NCBI RefSeq assembly: GCF_900232105.1
Contig: NZ_LT934425.1
Location: 2,910,001-2,942,000, forward strand
Length of the DNA: 32,000 nucleotides
DNA from: Candidatus Kuenenia stuttgartensis
Lineage (GTDB): Bacteria; Planctomycetota; Brocadiia; Brocadiales; Brocadiaceae
Reading direction: 5' to 3'
Under the pieces are notes generated by a model that saw nothing but the letters and a program-made list of their open reading frames with translations, was not told where the DNA came from and did no database searches. The first letter of the stretch is position 1; each line of letters begins with the position of its first letter. Shown here in pieces: positions 26,696 through 32,000 of the stretch. The translations under genes were made by a program, and so were the position numbers.

Positions 26696-27850
26696 TCACC
26701 CTATCTTTCTCAGCCCTTCGGATATTCGCACACTCATTGCCCTCCATGCAGGAAGTATGCCGGCAGATAGACCTACGATTATGATAACAACCGCATCCAT
26801 AAAAATAGTTTTTCCGGTGATATTAAATACCGGGAAATAAGTCCCTACGGCATTTGAAAATGCGATAGCCGCCGGATATGTTGCAGATATGCCCAGTATC
26901 CCTCCGATTAGCGTAATCATCATAGACTCTCCAATGATAAGCGCAGCAATATATCCGCCTGAAAAACCTATGGTTTTAAATATCGCATACTCCGCAGTGC
27001 GTTCACGTACAGACATTACCATCGTGTTTGCGACAACGATGAGAATAATCACAATAATCACAAACGAAACCAGTTGAACCGCTTTAAGGATGGCTTCGCT
27101 CATGGCAACAAATCCGAGTTGAAATGCCTTTTCAGTTTCGGTAAGCGTTTCCGCCAGTGAATTTTTAAACATAGCATCAATAGCCTCTGCAATGCCGGCA
27201 GCGTTTTCAGGTCTATCGATGCCAATAATATAAAATCCTACATTATCCGCTGAAAAGGGTCTCACCTTTTTCATTGTTTCATTAAAATAATCCCAATGGA
27301 AGAAGAACATGGTCTCGTCCACATTTTTATGTTTCCCTTCATAAACGGCGCTTAAGACAAATTCCCATTTCCCGGGGTAAATGGCACTGACCAATGTAAT
27401 ACTATCCCCAACTGCCCACCCAAATCTGTCGGCCAATTTCTTCCCAACAAGGCAGCCTTTTCTGTTTTTAAGAAACGATGTCGTTTCATTTTCAGGTATT
27501 TTGTATTCGGGATAGAGTTTAAGATATGAGGTGGGTTCCACGGCGAAGTTTGCGAAAAAGTCTTTTTCATCTTTATAATATCCGCCAAACCAATTGCCAT
27601 AGGAAACTATTTTGACGCCATCGGCAGAGCGGATTTTTTCGCGATAGGAAAGCGGTAGACGGAAAACAAGTGATATTGAATTCCTCGTGACCAGCCGGTT
27701 TGCAGATGAAGCTGCAACCCCGGCATACCATGCGTCAATTACAGTGTGAAGTAATCCATAGGCTAACACGGCGATTGCTATGCCCGCTATGGTTAAAACA
27801 CTGCGGAGTTTATGCCTGAAGGCGTTACGAATGAGAATCTTGATCATCAT
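26696..27850 (-). CDS. ABC transporter permease, MacB/FtsX (LolC/E-like) family
   Basis: Same architecture as above. Overlaps the ATPase gene by 26 nt. Confidence 0.85.
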   Translation of the reverse strand: MMIKILIRNAFRHKLRSVLTIAGIAIAVLAYGLLHTVIDAWYAGVAASSANRLVTRNSISLVFRLPLSYREKIRSADGVKIVSYGNWFGGYYKDEKDFFANFAVEPTSYLKLYPEYKIPENETTSFLKNRKGCLVGKKLADRFGWAVGDSITLVSAIYPGKWEFVLSAVYEGKHKNVDETMFFFHWDYFNETMKKVRPFSADNVGFYIIGIDRPENAAGIAEAIDAMFKNSLAETLTETEKAFQLGFVAMSEAILKAVQLVSFVIIVIILIVVANTMVMSVRERTAEYAIFKTIGFSGGYIAALIIGESMMITLIGGILGISATYPAAIAFSNAVGTYFPVFNITGKTIFMDAVVIIIVGLSAGILPAWRAMSVRISEGLRKIG

Positions 27851-28511
27851 TGCTCAAAACTCCCTTGTCAAGATGCTTCATGCTATGCGCCCTGTTTCCC
27901 GCCCAGGGATCATGGGTTACCACGATAATGGTTTTCCCCATATCCTTGTTTAAACGATCCATAAGCTCAAGCACTATTTCCGCAGAAACCCTGTCCAGGT
28001 CTCCGGTCGGTTCATCGGCGACAAGTATCGCCGGGTCTGTTACTATTGCCCTCGCAATCGCAACCCTCTGTTGTTGTCCTCCGGATAGTTGGGAAGGATA
28101 ATGCCACAGCCGGTCTTCCATATTTACGGCTTTTAAAGCGGTATACACATGTTCTTTTCGTTCTCTGCCGGAAAGGCTGGTGAGGATAAGGGGCAATTCA
28201 ACATTTTCATATGCCGTAAGAACTGGAATGAGATTGTAAAACTGGAAGATAAACCCCACATTAGTAGCACGCCACCGCGCGAGTTCGGATTCTGATAATA
28301 TGGCGATATCTATGCCGTCCACTTCTATCGAACCGGCGTCTGCACGATCAAGTCCGGCAATAAGGTTCAGGAGCGTGCTTTTCCCCGAACCTGAAGGCCC
28401 CATAAGCGCTAAATATTCGCCTTGTCCGATATTCAGGGAAATGTCTTTTAATACACTTATTACCTCGTTTCCCCTCTTATAGGTTTTTGTCACATTTTGA
28501 ATAGATACCAT
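27825..28511 (-). CDS. ABC transporter ATP-binding protein (LolD/MacB-type)
   Basis: Walker A GPSGSGKST, signature LSGGQQQRVAIARA, Walker B ILVADEPT, H-loop VTHD. Confidence 0.9.
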   Translation of the reverse strand: MVSIQNVTKTYKRGNEVISVLKDISLNIGQGEYLALMGPSGSGKSTLLNLIAGLDRADAGSIEVDGIDIAILSESELARWRATNVGFIFQFYNLIPVLTAYENVELPLILTSLSGRERKEHVYTALKAVNMEDRLWHYPSQLSGGQQQRVAIARAIVTDPAILVADEPTGDLDRVSAEIVLELMDRLNKDMGKTIIVVTHDPWAGNRAHSMKHLDKGVLSNDDQDSHS

Positions 28512-28520
28512 CGAATCAAA

Positions 28521-28540
28521 TAGTCAAACAAATAAGGTTT
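28521..28540. repeat. Solo copy of the MITE terminal repeat (TAGTCAAACAAATAAGGTTT)
   Basis: Identical 20-mer to 28879-28898. Lies 9 nt upstream of the ABC ATPase start codon. Confidence 0.7.
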
Positions 28541-28600
28541 CAGAAAGATGTATAATGTAACTAAAAAAACGTAAACCCGAACCCTCACGAAGTTGTTCTT

Positions 28601-29122
28601 TTACTTACGAATTATTTCAATAACTTTACCGATAATCGCATTAATTTTTATTTTAGTAAGATTGCCAATGCGGTACAAGATAATATGACTATCTGCGGTA
28701 AATAACCGATTAGGTCTTATGTTACTTGGTTGTTTGAGGCTCCCTGTCTCGAAATCTCTATCATCAATGGAAATAGAATAATTGTCTTTTATGGTTTTGC
28801 TTGTTATCTGACAGAGAATTACATCATCTCCTTCTAAGGTTGCAATTACTAAAGCAGGCCGTCTTTGGGATTGTGATATAGTCAAACAAATAAGGTTTTC
28901 GAAAAATTTACACCCCCCCGGCCCCTCTTTTTAGAGGGGAGATGAGAAGTCCCCTCTATCAAGAGGGGATTTAGGGGTGTGTTTGATAGTATGCTTAGTC
29001 AAATAAATCTATTTTTCAGAAAGCCATTTTATCGCCAAATTTCTAAAATCATATTTATTTGGCTATAGATCGGAGAAGGGAAAAGGAACAACAACGACAT
29101 CACCTTTTACAAACTTTGCCAT
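28601..29122 (-). pseudogene. PemK/MazF-family toxin gene split by a 187-bp insertion
   Basis: 5' piece at 29066-29122 (MAKFVKGDVVVVPFPFSDL), then a premature TAG. 3' piece at 28601-28876 (SQSQRRPALVIATLEGDDVILCQITSK...). Deleting 28879-29065 plus one TA restores a continuous 110-codon ORF. Confidence 0.8.
28879..29065. mobile_element. MITE-like insertion (possibly two nested/tandem units) with TA target duplication
   Basis: Termini are TAGTCAAACAAAT and ATTTATTTGGCTA (11/13 inverted match). TA is found at 28877-28878 and 29066-29067. An internal third terminus, TAGTCAAATAAAT, lies at 28996-29008. Two GC-rich hairpins are present: CCCCTCT/AGAGGGG at 28922-28939 and TCCCCTCT/AGAGGGGA at 28950-28969. 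Confidence 0.65.
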
Positions 29123-29301
29123 GCCTCGTCTTCCTCTGGTCTTAGCCAATCTTTTTTAAGAGAAGATTCACTCACAATAGTGATATCGAGCTTTTCCCTG
29201 AGTATCTTTGTCTTTAGAAAATGGACAAAATCTAATACCTCATCAAGAAAAGGTTCTGGAACTTGTTCAATTTCACGTATAAGTAATTCTTTTTTGCTCA
29301 T
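29107..29301 (-). CDS. Type II antitoxin, DUF2281-like
   Basis: GGAGG (29308-29312) sits 6 nt before ATG 29301. MSKKELLIREIEQVPEPFLDEVLDFVHFLK... The 3' end overlaps the toxin start codon (29122-29120). The listed ORF 29107..29496 is an in-frame read-through from the upstream remnant. Confidence 0.7.
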   Translation of the reverse strand: MSKKELLIREIEQVPEPFLDEVLDFVHFLKTKILREKLDITIVSESSLKKDWLRPEEDEAWQSL

Positions 29302-29496
29302 AGTCTGCCTCCGTTCTTGCTCTTTAAATTCAAGTTGAAAAGATTTTTTACGATGGTGATCGTGTTGGCTTCGAATATGTTGAACTATTGCCTCTTCCGA
29401 TGATTTTCTCACGGAAAAAGCCCCATATCCATTCTGCCATTTTGGTGCTAACCACAAAATGCATTCCGAGAAATGTGAAGGTATCAGCCAAAACAA
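29302..29496 (-). pseudogene. IS200-like/RayT-type Y1 transposase, C-terminal remnant
   Basis: KWQNGYGAFSVRKSSEEAIVQHIRSQHDHHRKKSFQLEF matches the conserved C-terminus (WQ.GYGAFSVS......YI..Q..HH). The N-terminal catalytic part is absent. Confidence 0.5.
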
Positions 29497-29783
29497 AACA
29501 TCTTTTTCTTTCGTCCCTTCGTGGCTTGATATTTTTTTCTCTTTTTTCAGAGGGCTTCACCCTCTGCTATATCCTTACGGCCTTTCGGGCCTATAAGAAC
29601 ACCTTTGTTTCGAGTAATTGCTCTCAGATAAACCCTGCGGCATTTTACAAATTACGGTTTAGGATTTCAGATTTACGCCATTTTCAATCTAAAATAACAA
29701 ATATTTTACAAGGTGAAATATTTTTGAAATAAACTAAATCAAGGGTTCAGGTTGCAAACACGTAAGAGTTTGAAACTTAAACC

Positions 29784-30227
29784 CTAACTAGGGAATAAAA
29801 AAGGTGTGAGATAAGTGTCACCATTTTGGCGCTTGAGAGGAAGGGATGTATTACCAGAAATGATAACGTCTTGAAAGCTGATAGTTGACGGATACAGGTA
29901 ATTTACCACCTTATTATGGAGAAACTTCTTTAGAGATTCGGAGTCTTCAACACCACAAAACTCACCCGCGATCTTATACCCCTGCGGAGACTTAATTTCT
30001 TCCACTCCAACAAGAAGGCACCCTCCCCATGTGTTTGCAAACTGAGCTATATCTCTGGCAGTTTCTTTTGCACTATTCGGGTTTTTCAAGGGAATCTCTT
30101 TTTTAAAATCCAATATGATAGATTCATGAGTTTTACCGAGTATGATGTATTTCTGAATATCATCCCACGAACGGATAGATAATGGCTTCTGATATTTAAG
30201 TTGCATGGATCGGTGGCTCCATTTCAA
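29784..30227 (-). CDS. AlbA_2 (Schlafen/divergent AAA-4-like) DNA-binding domain protein, probably truncated
   Basis: ESIILDFKKE...ARDIAQFANTWGGCLLVGVEE pattern of PF04326-type domains. It lacks the usual C-terminal ATPase/HTH part. Confidence 0.5.
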   Translation of the reverse strand: MKWSHRSMQLKYQKPLSIRSWDDIQKYIILGKTHESIILDFKKEIPLKNPNSAKETARDIAQFANTWGGCLLVGVEEIKSPQGYKIAGEFCGVEDSESLKKFLHNKVVNYLYPSTISFQDVIISGNTSLPLKRQNGDTYLTPFLFPS

Positions 30228-30666
30228 GGTTCCTCTGCATTAATACGAAACTTAAGGGACGTAAGAGACCATTCACCGAAAATCTGTATATATCAATATC
30301 TTCATATTTACTAACTATTCCTAAAATATTTTGCAGATATTATAACAAATTTTTAGATAAGTTGAAATCATCGTATGATAAATACGATTACCTAATTTTG
30401 ATATTTGAAATCATTTTCTTTCAATCTTTATCTCTGATTATCTGCTTTATATACTTTTATATATCGATCTTCCATACATGATAGCTTCTTATGTACTCTT
30501 TCTAAAAGCTGCACGTCTTTTTGTTGTGTAACGAAATATATTCCAGTGCCTTTGGATTTACCACACTCACCTTTTCCCATAATTCTGGTGACAGGGTAGT
30601 TTTTTGACTCCTCGTATACCCATAACCTCCGCCATCACGTCTAAACGGTTTCTCTGTAGTTTTAGG

Positions 30667-31149
30667 TTATTGTTTGTTTTTATGCATTGTACTTAGAATA
30701 TTATCTATAAATTTCTTGTCATTACTCGTGTTTACTTTTAACTCTATAAAATGATCAAATTCTACTTTTAAATGCTTTGATAATCCATTTTTGAAAAAAC
30801 CGCCTCCAACTATTTGTCCATAGCGCTTAACATCTTTAACCAGTACAACATAATCTTCATCGCTTGTAATAAGAAAGCCAATATCAAAATTCTGGTTAAA
30901 TGCATTAATTAACATTTCTCGGGTTAGAGCTATATCAACTCCTTTTTCTCGATCTCCGCGTTTCTTAAAAAGAACAGGTTCAAATCCTAAGCATCTCAAT
31001 TCTGTTTTTAGATTATTACCAATGTCTTCACTTCCTTTATAAGAGGAGAACCAGTAACGTCTAATTGTTATAGTATTAACATAGGGAGTAAACTCATCAC
31101 GTTGAAAAAAATTTGTTACAAATGCTTTTGTATATTTATCAATAATCAC
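30667..31149 (-). CDS. NYN/LabA-like domain protein
   Basis: KGVDIALTREMLINAFNQNFDIGFLITSDEDYVVLVKDVKRYGQIV matches the NYN core (KGVD.AL..D......D...L.SGD.DF..L). GTG start; the frame is open further upstream without a canonical start. Confidence 0.6.
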   Translation of the reverse strand: MIIDKYTKAFVTNFFQRDEFTPYVNTITIRRYWFSSYKGSEDIGNNLKTELRCLGFEPVLFKKRGDREKGVDIALTREMLINAFNQNFDIGFLITSDEDYVVLVKDVKRYGQIVGGGFFKNGLSKHLKVEFDHFIELKVNTSNDKKFIDNILSTMHKNKQ

Positions 31150-31399
31150 CTTGGAATATTCCAGAATTGCATTGGTAGGTTTCTCAACACAAGAAGGAAC
31201 CTTAATTTCTTTGCTTAGGGAGCGACCACAAATAACATGGTATTGTATAGTACCAATAGTATCGTTGCAGTGTCTTTGTGTATGTCACGGTAATAGCCGT
31301 TACAACTAGTAAATATAGGCATTGACACCCTCCAGCCATTATGATAACATTAGGATTAAGTGGTATTTTATCCGGCGTATTAATCCTAATGGTGTCATT

Positions 31400-32000
31400 A
31401 TGCGTTTAGCTAAGTATTCTCATCGCAAGCTCTTGGGACTATTCAGCAGGGATGTCGTTTTAACTCTGGACAGTATCAAAGAAGCTTTGGGAACGACTTC
31501 AAAAGCAACGGTTTTCAGGAAGCTAAAATCGCTCGGACATCGTGCGAGTTATTCCCATGCGGGCAAATACCATACACTGGATACACTTGCAAGCTATAAT
31601 AAATATGGCATTTGGAGTTTCAATCAAATATATTTTTCTCAACAAGGAAGTCTTGTAGATACTCTCGAGGCCATCATTAATAAATCCCAGGAAGGTTATT
31701 TTGCCTCGGAGCTTCAAACGCTGGTACATGTGCGAGTCTTTAATGCACTGACTCAATTAGTGGTATCTGGAAGGGTCTTGCGCGAGCAGATTGCCGGAGA
31801 ATATTTGTATATCTCCAAGGTGTTAGGTACGGATCAACTCGCCAGACGTAAACAGTCAATCATGTTGTGTGCTTGTAAGGAAGAAAAGGTATTAATTCCC
31901 GGCTTTGGGAGTGAAGTGGTTACGGATTGCCTGCAGACATTTCTTTCCATACTTGATGAAAGGCAGAAACGGCTTTATCTTGGTTTAGAATCAATGAAAC
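31400..32000 (+). CDS. Transposase-like protein with N-terminal wHTH, 3'-partial (ISAzo13-like N-terminal region)
   Basis: Open frame from ATG 31400 to the window end, absent from the ORF track because it has no stop. It ends ...LSILDERQKRLYLGLESMK, paralleling LPFLNERQKRIFLGAEAKS of the transposase at 23244-24410. Confidence 0.45.
   Translation, partial: MRLAKYSHRKLLGLFSRDVVLTLDSIKEALGTTSKATVFRKLKSLGHRASYSHAGKYHTLDTLASYNKYGIWSFNQIYFSQQGSLVDTLEAIINKSQEGYFASELQTLVHVRVFNALTQLVVSGRVLREQIAGEYLYISKVLGTDQLARRKQSIMLCACKEEKVLIPGFGSEVVTDCLQTFLSILDERQKRLYLGLESMK

Noticed and set aside
25528-28511. Calling the ABC transporter specifically LolCDE (lipoprotein release).
   Set aside because: The architecture (one ATPase plus two FtsX-type permeases) fits both LolCDE and other MacB-type exporters. 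The gene order differs from E. coli lolCDE, and I cannot verify the LolD motif by eye, so only the family-level call is made.
28911-28980. Two similar GC-rich hairpins that might be a mini CRISPR array.
   Set aside because: There are only two units, which are inverted-repeat hairpins without regular spacers, and no cas genes. They are better explained as REP-like elements inside a MITE.
30428-30580. 50-codon minus-strand ORF (MGKGECGKSKGTGIYFVTQQKDVQLLERVHKKL...), faintly reminiscent of a homing-endonuclease fragment.
   Set aside because: No SD is present, the ORF is very short, and the resemblance is too weak to support a call.
1-32000. Search for tRNA, rRNA, tmRNA or CRISPR arrays.
   Set aside because: Scanning by eye found no T-loop/GTTCGAATC-type cloverleaf candidates, no rRNA-like conserved blocks and no regularly spaced direct repeats.

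Overview
Low-GC bacterial chromosome segment that I assign to an anammox planctomycete. From memory of the protein sequences, the best match is Candidatus Kuenenia stuttgartiensis or a close relative; this is not database-verified. 1-6.6 kb: a 5'-partial outer-membrane beta-barrel gene, a His-rich DUF3347-like secreted protein, then the complete hydrazine synthase operon hzsB-hzsC-hzsA (1830-6600). 6.7-10.1 kb: convergent to hzsA lies a dinB (DNA polymerase IV) gene split by a ~2.0-kb sense-oriented group II intron (about 7746-9773). The intron's RT/maturase ORF carries an in-frame TGA. 10.2-14.2 kb: an IS graveyard enclosing an intact HPP-family membrane protein. It holds an IS630-like HTH remnant, a broken IS701-type transposase, a second partial copy of the same IS end, and a truncated sigma-54 activator. 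14.7-21.7 kb (+ strand): a housekeeping block with a membrane-anchored 11-heme NapC/NirT-type cytochrome c, aconitase, psd, ribE, pdxA and rsmA (apparent CTG start). 21.8-28.5 kb (- strand): hsp20 with a sigma-54-type promoter, then a 982-bp tandem duplication carrying a conserved 39-codon sORF and the 3' end of an FtsX permease gene. One duplicate copy is hit by an ISAzo13-family IS (TSD TAAG, paralogous empty site visible). A MacB/LolCDE-like ABC transporter (ATPase plus 2 permeases) follows. 28.5-32 kb: a decayed accessory patch. It contains an antitoxin plus a PemK/MazF toxin split by a 187-bp TA-flanked MITE, a RayT-like remnant with REP-like hairpins, AlbA_2 and NYN domain ORFs, and a 3'-partial transposase-like gene. 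No rRNA, tRNA or CRISPR array was seen.
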